A stretch of DNA of 64,000 nucleotides from Spirochaetia bacterium (GCA_963662265.2 CAXXHA010000028.1:39137-103136), one strand, 5' to 3'; positions 39,334 through 50,783 are shown, counted from the stretch's first letter. The notes: generated from the letters alone by a model not told the origin. A program made the numbers and translations.

Positions 39334-40786
39334 CTAACCTTTTCCCATAACAGAAGCCGGTTGAATTTTTACAGCTACCGATACAGGATATATCCAGGCA
39401 ACAGAAGCAATTACAAACGCAGCAGAAAGATGTGCTAGCATCCCCGATATAGTAACGGCAGGTTTTATATATTCTCCGCCGAACATATTAATAAGAACTT
39501 CATTTTTTAGTGGAATTCCATTTACCGATACAATTAAAGACATTAAAGCTCCTATAATTATTCCAATAAAAGCAGAAGCCATTACAAGAATCATAGATTC
39601 TGCAACAAATAAATATCTTATAAAATTTTTATCTGCCCCTATCGCTCTCATTGTTCCGATTTCACCAGTCCTTTCTAAAACAGAGATTACCAGTGCATTC
39701 ATTATAACAAGGACTGCTCCGAGAACAATAAAAACCATTCCTCCGTTAAAAGCACTATGAAGCGCAAATACAGCCTGAGCACTGAGCCCTGCAGCTTCCC
39801 TCCAGCCCATTGTTTTAACTTCAGAATAATTTTTATCAACAATTGAAGATACTTTTTTTATAAGCTTTTTTTCTCTGTCGGTCTGTGCTTTAAGAAGTAT
39901 AAAGCTCCAGGATGAAGCATCAGTTGCATATACTATTTCATCTGAATCTTCAGAAAGAGTGTCTTCTAGTTTCTCGAGACTGAAACTTTCTGTATTTTCA
40001 GAAGCTGATACATCATTCCCTTCATCTGAAAACAAATCATCCATTTCAAAATCATCGATATCACTGTTTGAAGACTGTTCATTAACAACATGTGAGAGTG
40101 TATAGTTTGCAAGACTTCTTACAATAACCGGATCGGTCAGAACAACCCTCTCAAGTGTTTTTGTCCGGCCAATATAACTGTGAACACCTGCAAACAATGC
40201 AGTCCTTATTCTAAAACTCCCGTCAGAATACATACTTAAAGTAACAGGTTCTCCGATTTTTAAAGTTCTATTTAGTTTTTTTTCAATTATTCCAAGCAGC
40301 GCTGTATTTATGAAGATCCCGTTATTTTTTAATTTATCAATACTGCCTTCAACAATTTCAATATCACTGCAGACATTAAAATAGGTATCAGGATCTATAC
40401 CAAAAACTGGAACAGCTGTCTTAACACCATCAACTTCAAGATATCCTGCACCAGATACAATTGGACTTAGAAATTCTACATTTTCGAGTCTTTCTAAAGA
40501 ATCCATAATATCTAAATATCCAGAAAGAGGAGGGATGTTTTCAAATTCTCCTATTATCGGCATTTCATTTCCAAAAAGGCTGAAATTTGTTTCCGAAGCT
40601 GCAGCAAGTACAAGATCACCGGAAAATGATCCAACAAATGATTTTTTAAGTCCTTGATTTATATTTTCAAAGAGTGAGTTGGCAAAAAAAAACAAAAGCC
40701 ATTCCCAATATTATTAGAGAGGCAAGTAAAAGAGTCTTACGTGTATGACGCTTAAGATTTCTAAATGCAAGTTTAATTATAAGCAT
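39334..40786 (-). pseudogene. FtsX/LolC-E-like ABC permease, frameshifted as assembled (probably intact)
   Basis: ATG 40786 reads MLIIKLAFRNLKRHTRKTLLL...GMA. One extra base in the A9 (40684-40692) or A4 run joins it to the 39334..40695 ORF (ERTGEIGTMRAIGA). Confidence 0.85.
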
Positions 40787-40808
40787 ATTTTAAATATTCC
40801 ATATTTTA

Positions 40809-41237
40809 CTATATATGTTTTTTTCTAAAAACCAGACGATCATATCCAATAAAATTTATACATACAGCAATAAAAATACCAATTAATGTATTTAATCTAT
40901 AATCCATTCCAGATTTTGATAACACTGCAAAGAGAATTATTCTGATAAGAAAAGAAATTCCTGTTACACCATGAAATATTATTAAGCCTTTTAATACAGA
41001 ACTGCTGTTCTCAAATGTATGTTTCCAGCTAATACGTGAATGTAGATAAAAAGCAACAAGAATTGATATCTCTATACTTATAACATTAGCAGTATTTTCC
41101 AACAAAATAGTGGAAAATTTTAGATATTCAACAAACAAATACATAGACAAAAACTGAGACGTAGCGACTATGAATCCACTAAATCCATACCTGATAATTT
41201 TTGCCAATAATCTATTACTGTTATAAATTGATTTCAT
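40809..41237 (-). CDS. GtrA family flippase
   Basis: 142 aa with four TM helices; IIRYGFSG, AFYLHSRISW and NFIGYDRLVF. Confidence 0.85.
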   Translation of the reverse strand: MKSIYNSNRLLAKIIRYGFSGFIVATSQFLSMYLFVEYLKFSTILLENTANVISIEISILVAFYLHSRISWKHTFENSSSVLKGLIIFHGVTGISFLIRIILFAVLSKSGMDYRLNTLIGIFIAVCINFIGYDRLVFRKKHI

Positions 41238-41250
41238 TTAAATTAACAAT

Positions 41251-41952
41251 TTATCTGCCGGAATTATACTTCAAAATACAGTAAAGAGCCCTGAAACCGT
41301 CTTTCCAACCTATCTTCTTACCTTCATCATATGTTCTTCCATAATATGAAATTCCAACTTCATATATACGAAGTCCCTCTTTTTTTGATTTTCTGGCAAG
41401 CTTGGCTGTAATTTCAGGCTCAAAACCAAACCGGTTTTCCTTAATCTTTATACTCTGGATTATTTCCCTTTTAAAAACCTTATAGCAGGTTTCCATATCT
41501 GTTAAATTAAGGTCAGTAAACATATTGGAAAGAAAAGTAAGGAACTTGTTTCCCATACTGTGCCAAAAATAAAGGACACGGTGTGCACGCCCCCCTAAAA
41601 ATCTTGATCCATAAACAACATCAGCCTTGTTATCAATAATTGGCTGTAGCAGAATACCATATTCATTAGGATCATATTCAAGATCTGCATCCTGAATAAT
41701 TACAACATCTCCTGTTGCAGCTGCAATACCTGTTCTGAGCGCAGCGCCTTTTCCTTTATTAACATCATGATACAGTACTTTAGAAACTCTCTGCTCCATT
41801 TCATTTTTCAGCTTTTTTCTTGTACCGTCAGTAGAATAATCATCTACAATTATTATTTCTTTTTCAAAATGAGGCGATTTCTCAACAGCATTGATAATTT
41901 CATCAAGTGTTTCAAGTTCATTATAACAGGGTATAACAACTGAAAGTTTCAT
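41251..41952 (-). CDS. Polyprenol-phosphate glycosyltransferase (DPM/ArnC-like GT2)
   Basis: [32 protein letters not shown] and GKKIGWKDG. Confidence 0.92.
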   Translation of the reverse strand: MKLSVVIPCYNELETLDEIINAVEKSPHFEKEIIIVDDYSTDGTRKKLKNEMEQRVSKVLYHDVNKGKGAALRTGIAAATGDVVIIQDADLEYDPNEYGILLQPIIDNKADVVYGSRFLGGRAHRVLYFWHSMGNKFLTFLSNMFTDLNLTDMETCYKVFKREIIQSIKIKENRFGFEPEITAKLARKSKKEGLRIYEVGISYYGRTYDEGKKIGWKDGFRALYCILKYNSGR

Positions 41953-41963
41953 ATATTATTCTC

Positions 41964-42906
41964 CTAATTATTCTCAAGCAGATCTTGAAAATAAAAAATT
42001 GTTTTCTGTAATCCTTTCCTTAAAGCTACTTCAGGTTTCCAGCCAAGTTTATCTCCTGCAAGAGAAATATCCGGTTTCCGCTGTTTTGGATCATCACTTG
42101 GAAGCAGGAAATATTTGATTTTTGATGAAGAGCCTGTAAGTTCTATAATAATTTCTGCAAAGCTCATTCATAGTAAATTCACCTGGGTTTCCTATATTTA
42201 CAGGGCCGGTAAATCCTTTTTCTGTATTCATCATTTTAATAAGCCCGTTTACAAGATCATCAACATAGCAGAAAGATCTTGTCTGATTTCCATCTCCGTA
42301 TATTGTTATGTCTTCACCTTTTAATGCCTGTACAATAAAATTACTTACAACTCTGCCGTCTTCAGGATTCATATTAGGCCCATAAGTATTAAAAATTCTT
42401 ACTACTTTTATATCCACATCATTCTGTCTGTAGTAATCAAAAAAAAGTGTTTCTGCACATCTTTTTCCCTCATCATAACAGCTTCTAATACCAATAGGAT
42501 TAACCCTTCCCCAATAACTTTCCACCTGAGGATGTATTTCAGGATCACCGTAAACTTCAGAAGTAGAAGCCTGAAGAATTCTGGCTTTTGTTCTTTTTGC
42601 AAGCCCAAGCATATTGATTGCTCCATGCACAGAAGTTTTTGTAGTCTGAACAGGATCAAACTGATAATGAACAGGACTAGCAGGACATGCAAGATTATAT
42701 ATCTGATCTACTTCTACATAGAGAGGAAATGTTACATCATGCCGTAAAATTTCAAAATAATTATTTCCAAACAGATCTCTTATATTCTGTTTATTCCCGG
42801 TATAATAATTATCAAGACAGATTACATCATTTCCCTCTTCAAGCAGTTTTTTGCACAGATGGGAACCTATAAAACCGGCACCGCCGGTTACAAGTATTTT
42901 TTTCAT
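41964..42906 (-). pseudogene. uxs: UDP-glucuronate decarboxylase (UDP-xylose synthase), frameshifted as assembled
   Basis: [26 protein letters not shown] and DGRVVSNFI. One extra A at 42159-42161 separates FTMNEL from AEIIIELTG...DDPKQRKPDIS. Confidence 0.88.
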
Positions 42907-42917
42907 ATCATAAATCC

Positions 42918-44732
42918 TTAATTAATAATTCTGTAAATTCCAATTTTAAAAGATTTCCCCTTGTTAAATGGATTCCGTACACCATGAAAAAATTCCTCAG
43001 GTCCGTGAATCAGCTCAACTTCTTTATCAAGATTTTTAAGTAAATTATCAGATACAGGATAATTTGTAATTAAGCTGTTAACGTTTTTTTCATTAATTAA
43101 ATCAGTTACAGCTTTTTTTTCATAATCACTATCAAAATTTGTATAATTTATTATATCTGCATTAAAAAAACTAACAGGACTAAGATATCCGGAGCGGAAA
43201 GTTGTTATAACAACATCGCTGTCTGATAATTTATCATCAGCCCATTCAAGGACTGTAAAATAATCAGCCTGTCTTTCCATTACTTTGTGTCTGAGGTCTT
43301 TTGTTAAACTGCCGGGAAAAGAACTGTATACACCAAAAAATGTTATAAGAAGCATTCCCGATGCCTGAAGTAATAAAAAGGATTCCAGAAATTTCCTCGA
43401 TTTTGAATAAGTTACACCGGAAACAGCAAAACAGAGAATTACATATAATTCAAAATAATAACGGGAACATCGGGCTCCATTAAAAAAGAAAAGAACTGCT
43501 ATAAGCAGGATAAAGGAAATTAAGTATTTATTTTTTGAAAACTGTTCCTTTAATGCAAAAAGAATAATTATTATTCCGCCGCCTAATACAGTTGTGATAC
43601 CGCCGGGGGAATCAGGGAAAATAAGATTCAATGGAAAAATAAAATCAGAATCCCTGAAATTCTTAAGCATCTCTGAAAAACGAACCAGAGGAGCTGTGTT
43701 TTCGCCCAGATATGAAGCAAGAATAGGAGATACGGGATCTCCATAAAAAATAAAATTATGTATATGTACAGGCAGTAGAAATATCACATAAACAGCAAAA
43801 AAGGATAATAAATAAGAATATTTCCGGTCACGTATTACAGAAAAATAAAATAAAACTATAAATATTATTACTCCGGGAATATAAAAAGAATACTTGCCAG
43901 CCATTCCGAATAAAACAGCAGCTGTTACAAGAATAAATTCATTTCTTTTTAAAGCCCCTTTTTTACCCGTAATATAAACAGATGCTATTAATATGGCCGC
44001 TCCATGCAGCAGCTGGGGTTTCTGATTTGGAACAAGAAACATTAAAACAGGGCTTGAAACAATAAGCAGAAAAAAAAGTATTCTGTTTTCATCTTTTTTA
44101 ATATAACTGCAAAGTGAACATAAAATAGCAAGAAGTCCTGAAAACTGCAGAACAGCTCCAAAATTATCTGTTCCGGCCGAAAGACCAATCATGTTCAGGA
44201 TTTCGCCAAGGCCGGAAAGCCTGTAATGAAACCAGTCGTATCTCGGCTTCAGAGCTCCCTCTCTTATGAAATTAAAAGCAGCTCCAAGGTGATAACCAAG
44301 AGAATCTGCATCTGTAGGGGGTGCGAGAACATTCAAAAACAAAGCTGATAGTATCAAAAATCCGATAACAAGGCAGTATTTATAAAAATGAGACTGCCTT
44401 TTATAAAACAGGTAAAGTTTTTTAAAGCTGTTTTCTGTTTTTAAGATCCTAATCAGTTCCAAAATACCTGTAAAAGCAATAACCCATGAAAACCATTTTA
44501 ACAGCTGTAAATTAATACCCAAAAAACTGCCTGCAATAAAAACAAAAGCAGAAATAATCCCCAATGTAAAAAAATACCAAAGGCTCCGCATACCCGGCTT
44601 TAATTCAGTTTTAAAAATATTATGAAGGCTTATCTCCGAAATAAACTTAAATCCCAATGCGAGAAAAACAGCTAATACAGTAGAAAACGGGGGAGGCATC
44701 AGTAAATCTGAATATTTAATTATTTCTGTCAT
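42918..44732 (-). CDS. DUF1420-like multi-TM GT-C fold protein
   Basis: [11 protein letters not shown] loop, GLGEIL...G.DNFGA, QKPQL and YGDPVSP; about 13 TM helices. Confidence 0.7.
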   Translation of the reverse strand: MTEIIKYSDLLMPPPFSTVLAVFLALGFKFISEISLHNIFKTELKPGMRSLWYFFTLGIISAFVFIAGSFLGINLQLLKWFSWVIAFTGILELIRILKTENSFKKLYLFYKRQSHFYKYCLVIGFLILSALFLNVLAPPTDADSLGYHLGAAFNFIREGALKPRYDWFHYRLSGLGEILNMIGLSAGTDNFGAVLQFSGLLAILCSLCSYIKKDENRILFFLLIVSSPVLMFLVPNQKPQLLHGAAILIASVYITGKKGALKRNEFILVTAAVLFGMAGKYSFYIPGVIIFIVLFYFSVIRDRKYSYLLSFFAVYVIFLLPVHIHNFIFYGDPVSPILASYLGENTAPLVRFSEMLKNFRDSDFIFPLNLIFPDSPGGITTVLGGGIIIILFALKEQFSKNKYLISFILLIAVLFFFNGARCSRYYFELYVILCFAVSGVTYSKSRKFLESFLLLQASGMLLITFFGVYSSFPGSLTKDLRHKVMERQADYFTVLEWADDKLSDSDVVITTFRSGYLSPVSFFNADIINYTNFDSDYEKKAVTDLINEKNVNSLITNYPVSDNLLKNLDKEVELIHGPEEFFHGVRNPFNKGKSFKIGIYRIIN

Positions 44733-45820
44733 TTTGAAATCACTTTATCAAAGATATTTTTTATATCAGATATATATCTTTCATCTTTATATAATTCTTT
44801 TGCAGAAGAGCTATTATGATTTCCAATCCTTAACAATTCTTCTTTATTCATATTATTTATGGATAATAATGCTTCTACGATTGATTCTGCTGATTTCTGC
44901 TCAATCAATATTCCGTTTATCCTGTCGGTAAAAATATCCGGTATTCCTCCGCATTCTGTTGTTAAAACAAAACAACCGGAAGCATAAGCCTCAATTATTG
45001 ATATTGGCTGCCCCTCATATTTGTAATATGAAGCCAAACAAAATACTGCGGAGTTTTTGAACAATTCTTTTTTAGATTCTCCGGAAACAACACCATGATA
45101 AACAGCGCTTTTAGTTTCTTCGAGGTTTTTTAGAAAAAACTCTTTATCCACATCCGAAGCAAATCCACCTGCAAAAGAAACAGATAAATTAATATTGTAA
45201 TCTCTTTCTACTATCTTTACAGCTTCAAGAAGTTCCTCATACCCTTTTCCCGGTATAAGATTACTTAAAAAAAGTATATTAAGTTTTTCGGAATTGTATT
45301 TTTTACTGATTTCATATTCTTTTAGAAAAAAACAATTGTCTGCCGAATTCGTGACAACCGATATTTTTTCTAATGGAATAAAATCGTATATCTTTTTAAG
45401 CGAGTCTCCAAGAACGATAATATTGTCAACTTTTTCCAGTATTTTTTTATTCAGATATTTTAAGAATCGGCTCTTCTCATAAATAAGTTTGCCGATTCCT
45501 CCGCCATGCAGATGTATAACCTGTTTTTTCCGTGATGTTAAAAACAGAATTACAAGGTCCTTAATATTACCTGCAAAAGACTGCGATAGAGTTAGATATA
45601 CAAGATCGCACTTTTTCTTTTTTCGTTGTACATCCTGAATAATATTAAAAATCTCGAAAATTCTGCCGAATGAATTTATTCCATGTTTAAATGTTTCTTT
45701 TGCAAAATTAATTACATCAAAATCATAATGATTTTTAAGACCATCTATTATTTTTTGAGATGCGGCAGCCTGCCCTGTTACAGGAGGCGGAAGCGGAGCA
45801 ATAAAAAGTATTTTTTTCAT
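44729..45820 (-). CDS. Glycosyltransferase family 4
   Basis: PLPPPVTGQ, HLHGG, FLSNLIPGKG and EGQPISIIEA. Confidence 0.9.
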   Translation of the reverse strand: MKKILFIAPLPPPVTGQAAASQKIIDGLKNHYDFDVINFAKETFKHGINSFGRIFEIFNIIQDVQRKKKKCDLVYLTLSQSFAGNIKDLVILFLTSRKKQVIHLHGGGIGKLIYEKSRFLKYLNKKILEKVDNIIVLGDSLKKIYDFIPLEKISVVTNSADNCFFLKEYEISKKYNSEKLNILFLSNLIPGKGYEELLEAVKIVERDYNINLSVSFAGGFASDVDKEFFLKNLEETKSAVYHGVVSGESKKELFKNSAVFCLASYYKYEGQPISIIEAYASGCFVLTTECGGIPDIFTDRINGILIEQKSAESIVEALLSINNMNKEELLRIGNHNSSSAKELYKDERYISDIKNIFDKVISK

Positions 45821-45822
45821 CT

Positions 45823-46626
45823 TTACCTGACAGATTTTAATTTTTTATAATGATAAAAGCTTTTTCTAATAATATTGAGAATATAAAAAACTGTGTATAA
45901 AATCAGAAAACACTTTAATAAGATATATTCATATTTTTCATTACTAATAAAATAATCAATTACAGAAATAACTGAAAATATATAGATGGGCCCCGGAAAA
46001 ACTATTAGTTCGGTAATAAGTCTTTTTAGAATAGCAGTAATACTTTTATTATTAGCCAGAGTATATTTCCCGCCGCCAAGTTCTTTTATATAATCATGTA
46101 TAGATTCATTTTCTATAATTTTTTTTTCTGCTGCAAGTTTCTGAATAAAGACAAAGTTAGCAGTGCTGTTTGAAAAATTACTTGCCCCAAAACAGGAAAT
46201 AACACCAAAAATAATAAAATACATTTCACCGGTAATTCTGAATAATCCCAGCCCGATAAAGCAAAAAACAAGGTTCATTGAAAAACTATGTATAAGAAGA
46301 TCGAAATAAAGCCCTGAAAATGATGGCTTTTTTAAACCTGCTTTTATTTCATACCTTGCAATTTCACCATCCACTGTATCCAGAAAAATATAGGTAAAAA
46401 GAAATATACCGCCGATAAGAATGTAAAAATTCTTCAGGAAGAAAAATCCCGCACAGCTGAATATTATAGAAAAAAAGCTTAATAAAGTAACAAAGTCTGC
46501 TTTAAAACCCAGTTTTATAAATATGTATGAAAAAAAAACTGATATTCTTCTTAATATCAGTTTGTCTATAATAAAGCTTTCTTCATTTCCTTTTCTACAA
46601 ATATTTTTTAATTCTTTAAAAGTCAT
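45823..46626 (-). CDS. CDP-alcohol phosphotransferase family protein
   Basis: LDTVDGEIAR...G.YFD signature; multi-TM. Confidence 0.82.
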   Translation of the reverse strand: MTFKELKNICRKGNEESFIIDKLILRRISVFFSYIFIKLGFKADFVTLLSFFSIIFSCAGFFFLKNFYILIGGIFLFTYIFLDTVDGEIARYEIKAGLKKPSFSGLYFDLLIHSFSMNLVFCFIGLGLFRITGEMYFIIFGVISCFGASNFSNSTANFVFIQKLAAEKKIIENESIHDYIKELGGGKYTLANNKSITAILKRLITELIVFPGPIYIFSVISVIDYFISNEKYEYILLKCFLILYTVFYILNIIRKSFYHYKKLKSVR

Positions 46627-46697
46627 ATTATTCCTGCAATATTATAATTTGATTATCATAAAACTGATTTCCAAAGCTCGTGAGTTTGAAAATTGCC

Positions 46698-47936
46698 TTA
46701 ACTGTTAATACCTATCCCTTTATAAACAAAAGGATATTCTTCATTATTATTAACAGGCAGACAGTTTCTTCCGTCCACAACAATCTTTACATCTCTATAC
46801 AGCTCAGGATCAATAAACTCTTTATGAGCAGTTGTTATAACAACACAGTCTGCACTTATTACTGCATCCGCTGTATTATTAAAAGTGTTATATTCTTCAA
46901 CATAAGGATCATATATTTTTACAGAATCATTTTTCTCGTTTAATGATTCAATTACTTTGTAAGATGGAGATTCCCTGTCATCAGAAACATGCGGTTTATA
47001 AGCTACTCCAAGAACTGTAATTTTAGCCCTTGATAAGGCAATTCCCAGTTTATCAAGTTCATCCTGAATAATTTTTACAGTGAAATCCGGCATAGACTTA
47101 TTTATACGTCTGGCAAGCGATAAAAAATCATGATTAAATCCTACATCTTTTCCTTTTTTTATCATGTAATAGGGATCCACAGCAATACAATGACCGCCGA
47201 CACCTACACCCGGAAAATGGGGAAGAAAACCAAACGGTTTTGTAGATGCCCCTTTTATAACTTCAGAAATATCAATTCCCAGTTTATAAAAAGATTGCGC
47301 CATTTCATTAACAAATGCAATATTTATATCACGGAATGTGTTTTCAAGAATTTTTGTAGCTTCTGCAGCCCTTATCTGTGATACTTTTGTTACAGACGCA
47401 TCAATAATCTTTGAATAAACATCAAATGCTGCATCGGTTGATTCTTTATCTATACCGCCGACAACACGGGGAATATTACTCACATTCCATTTTTTATCGC
47501 CGGGATTAATTCTTTCAGGACAATGAGCAAGAAGATACTTTTTCCCGCTTCTATTTAATAAAGGATCTACAGATTCTTCACAAACACCCGGATTAATTGT
47601 TGATTCAATAACAATCAGCTGATTATCTTCGAGAACATCTGTTATCTCTTCGACTGCTTTTTTAACATAGCTTAAGTCCGGTTCATCCCCATTTTTTACA
47701 GGAGTTGGTACACAGACAATATATACATCTGATGCTGTTAATTTTTCAGAATAATCTATATTTACTTTTTCAATATTATTATTAGTAAAGGAATCCTCTA
47801 ATAAGGATTTTCCTTTTTTTAACGATTCAAGAAGTTTGATATTTTTATCTACACCAGCAACATTAAATCCTTTTAAAGCTGTCTGTACAGCAAGTGGAAG
47901 GCCCACATAGCCAAGTCCAATTATTGTAATTTTCAT
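46698..47936 (-). CDS. UDP-HexNAc 6-dehydrogenase (WbpA/WecC/WbpO family)
   Basis: GLGYVGLP, CVPTP, CPERINPG, GVGGHCIAVDP and DDRESP; GAGG RBS before ATG 47936. Confidence 0.9.
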   Translation of the reverse strand: MKITIIGLGYVGLPLAVQTALKGFNVAGVDKNIKLLESLKKGKSLLEDSFTNNNIEKVNIDYSEKLTASDVYIVCVPTPVKNGDEPDLSYVKKAVEEITDVLEDNQLIVIESTINPGVCEESVDPLLNRSGKKYLLAHCPERINPGDKKWNVSNIPRVVGGIDKESTDAAFDVYSKIIDASVTKVSQIRAAEATKILENTFRDINIAFVNEMAQSFYKLGIDISEVIKGASTKPFGFLPHFPGVGVGGHCIAVDPYYMIKKGKDVGFNHDFLSLARRINKSMPDFTVKIIQDELDKLGIALSRAKITVLGVAYKPHVSDDRESPSYKVIESLNEKNDSVKIYDPYVEEYNTFNNTADAVISADCVVITTAHKEFIDPELYRDVKIVVDGRNCLPVNNNEEYPFVYKGIGINS

Positions 47937-47956
47937 TTTTATCCTCAAATTATTAT

Positions 47957-48919
47957 TTATAGTTCATTAATTGTATATTCTTTAATCTTATTAACAGAAA
48001 GTAATCCTAAAAAAAATTCAAAAACAGATAGAAAAGATAGAATACGGGCTGCAATGCTTTCTCCCATTTCTCTTTTAACTCTTATAACAAATAAAAAAAA
48101 ACAAGACGGAAAGATATATAACACAGGTTTTGAAATAAAAGAAAATGCGAAAAGCATTAACAAAAAAAAACGCAGTCCTACAGCAAGAATAGAACCACAC
48201 TTTATCATGTCAAAACTGTATCTGGAAAATATGTATTTTCTGAATAGTCTGCCGGTATACACATATTTAAAGTTCTTAAGATCACTATAAATTCTTTTAA
48301 AGTTAAAATAATGAACCGTAAAATGATCCCCCAGAAAAAAAGAGGTTTTCATTAACTTATATCCAAGACTTCTTATTCTGAATGAAAAATCAATATCTTG
48401 ATGTTTAACAAATTTTTCATCGAACAAACCGACAGAATCAAGAGTCTTTTTCCGGATTATAAAATTACCGCCATGTTCCTTAACTGTTTCATCTTTTGTA
48501 TTGGTTCTTGTAATTTTTATATCATCAGATATACGGTCATTTACAAGTCCTGTAACTGTACCTATTTCATTATTTTTCTCAAGAATTGAGATTGCCTTGG
48601 AAACAAAAACTTTATCAAATAAAATATCGCCATCAAGAAAAAAGACATACCCGGTAGATTGACTGATATTTTTTATGCCTACATTTCTGCCTATTGCAGC
48701 ATTTTTATTTCCACGTACCTGAAAGATTTTTATATTAAGTTCAGAATTTTCTTCCCTGAAATCAGAAACAATTGAAACAGAATTATCTGTTGATTCCGAG
48801 TCAATAAATATCATTTCAACATCATTATTCATTTCATGGCTGAGAATTTTAAATCGTATACAGTTTTCAGGTAATGTTTCAGCTTCATTTCTGCCTATTA
48901 TAACTAATGATAATTTCAA
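47957..48919 (-). CDS. Glycosyltransferase family 2 with C-terminal TM helices
   Basis: IIGRNEA, IDSESTD, GRNVG and FLDGD. Confidence 0.85.
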   Translation of the reverse strand: MKLSLVIIGRNEAETLPENCIRFKILSHEMNNDVEMIFIDSESTDNSVSIVSDFREENSELNIKIFQVRGNKNAAIGRNVGIKNISQSTGYVFFLDGDILFDKVFVSKAISILEKNNEIGTVTGLVNDRISDDIKITRTNTKDETVKEHGGNFIIRKKTLDSVGLFDEKFVKHQDIDFSFRIRSLGYKLMKTSFFLGDHFTVHYFNFKRIYSDLKNFKYVYTGRLFRKYIFSRYSFDMIKCGSILAVGLRFFLLMLFAFSFISKPVLYIFPSCFFLFVIRVKREMGESIAARILSFLSVFEFFLGLLSVNKIKEYTINEL

Positions 48920-48920
48920 C

Positions 48921-49781
48921 TTATCCTCGATTCTTTAATATGTATTGCTTAACATAAGCTAAAACAAAACGTATAAAATTTATACTTATGTAATAGCATG
49001 CATAAAACTTATTAAAGCAAAGAAATGCCATTTTATTTACTACAAACATATTTCCAGGTTTTTTTTTATCAAAAATAAAATCTCTAAAGCTTTTTTTATA
49101 CATATAAACATTTCTGCTTTTTGGTGCGGTATATACAATACAACTTTTACAGCAATAGGATTTAATACTTTTTCTTTTTGCACGCCACACATATTCATAA
49201 TCTGCCGCATAATGAGGAAGATTTATCTGATCAAATAATCCATTAACCTTTATCACTTCATCCGGTATCAGTAATCCTCTCCCAGATAAAAAATCAGATT
49301 CCTTATATTCTTCTGAAATATTATCTACAGTTTTGTCTTCCCATGATGATTTACTTTTAGCTTGAATATATGAAATATTACTTCCGGCATTTATAATATT
49401 TTCATTATTTTTGTTAACACTAATACTCCCAATTATAGAACTGGGATACTTATTACTACATTTAATTATATTAATTAAATAATTATTTTCTAAAGAAACA
49501 TCATCATTTATTACTAAAATCAGATCTTTTTTATTCTTTTCTTTATATGCAAATCGTATTCCATAATTTACAGCTTCTGTCCACCAGTAATCAGAACTTC
49601 CGGAAATTACAATAATTCGCTCATCAGAAAATGAAGAAAAATCAATCTTCCTTGTTCCATGATCAACTATAACAATTTTAAATTTTGAATATGACTGTCT
49701 GAAAAAATCATTAATTAAACTATAAATTTCTGAAACTCTATTAAATACTGGAACTACTATCCAGATTACTGGATCATTCAT
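48921..49781 (-). CDS. Glycosyltransferase family 2
   Basis: VPVFNR, WWTEAVNYG, INDD and HYAADYE. Confidence 0.87.
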   Translation of the reverse strand: MNDPVIWIVVPVFNRVSEIYSLINDFFRQSYSKFKIVIVDHGTRKIDFSSFSDERIIVISGSSDYWWTEAVNYGIRFAYKEKNKKDLILVINDDVSLENNYLINIIKCSNKYPSSIIGSISVNKNNENIINAGSNISYIQAKSKSSWEDKTVDNISEEYKESDFLSGRGLLIPDEVIKVNGLFDQINLPHYAADYEYVWRAKRKSIKSYCCKSCIVYTAPKSRNVYMYKKSFRDFIFDKKKPGNMFVVNKMAFLCFNKFYACYYISINFIRFVLAYVKQYILKNRG

Positions 49782-49790
49782 TAATATTAT

Positions 49791-50783
49791 TTACCTTGAT
49801 TTTATGAAAGAATGTATTATATTTTTAATGTTTATTGGTATCTTTACACTTAATATTTTTTTTATTACTAATTTAGAAATAATATAAATATTATATAAAT
49901 ATTGTTTACTGAATGAGAATATTTCTTTAACAGCCTTAAATCCGCCACAAAGATCACCATTTACAATTCTTTCAGAAGCAAGCATGCTGATAACCCAGGC
50001 AAAATATTTTTCACCATATGCATTTCCATTCTTTCTGCCAAACCATTCCCTGTATACGGGCAGCCATTTTTCTACATATTGTTTAAGACCTTTTATCCTC
50101 GGCTCAACAGATGTCATCATTGTTTTTCCAACAACAGGAGCTTTACAAATAACAAGAGGATCATTTAATACATCTGCATCATACCCGGCTACTGCAAGTT
50201 TCATCCACATATCATGATCTACAGATGAAACCAGATTCTCATCATATCCAGAAACATCCTCTAGAACTTTTCTGGGAAAAATACATGCAGAAGGAACAGT
50301 ATTTGCTCCATATTTAATTATACAGTTTTTTAAATTACCGATATTAGTAAATGACGTTCTTTTACAGATTCTTCCGTCACTGTAGTGAATCTCATTTCCA
50401 CAATATAATACTCCAAGTTTATTCAATTTTTCAGAATCAAATGAATATAAATATTCCATCTGCTTTGATAATTTTTCAGGTTTCCATATATCATCATCAT
50501 CTAAAAAAGCAATATAATTACCTTTTGCGTTTTTCCATCCTGTATTTCTTGATGCAGATAATCCTTTATTTTTATCATGTTTAATATATTTAATTTGATT
50601 TAAATTATTCTCTTTTAGCCATGTTTCTATTCCAGAATCTGTTCCGTCTTCAACAACAATAATTTCAACTGGTGTATATGTCTGTTTAATAACACTATGT
50701 ACAGCTTTTTTTGTACTTTCAAAACGATTATATGTAGTTATAATTACAGTTATTAAATCGCTATAATTTACTTTTTCTGACAT
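49791..50783 (-). CDS. Glycosyltransferase family 2
   Basis: ITTYNR, VVEDG, SRNTG and FLDDDD. Confidence 0.9.
   Translation of the reverse strand: MSEKVNYSDLITVIITTYNRFESTKKAVHSVIKQTYTPVEIIVVEDGTDSGIETWLKENNLNQIKYIKHDKNKGLSASRNTGWKNAKGNYIAFLDDDDIWKPEKLSKQMEYLYSFDSEKLNKLGVLYCGNEIHYSDGRICKRTSFTNIGNLKNCIIKYGANTVPSACIFPRKVLEDVSGYDENLVSSVDHDMWMKLAVAGYDADVLNDPLVICKAPVVGKTMMTSVEPRIKGLKQYVEKWLPVYREWFGRKNGNAYGEKYFAWVISMLASERIVNGDLCGGFKAVKEIFSFSKQYLYNIYIISKLVIKKILSVKIPINIKNIIHSFIKSR

Noticed and set aside
41964-42167. Separate 67-aa gene
   Set aside because: It is the frameshifted C-terminus of uxs.
42094-42170. Programmed ribosomal frameshifting at the broken genes
   Set aside because: No consistent slippery site or stimulatory structure; these families are not known to be recoded, and indel error is simpler.
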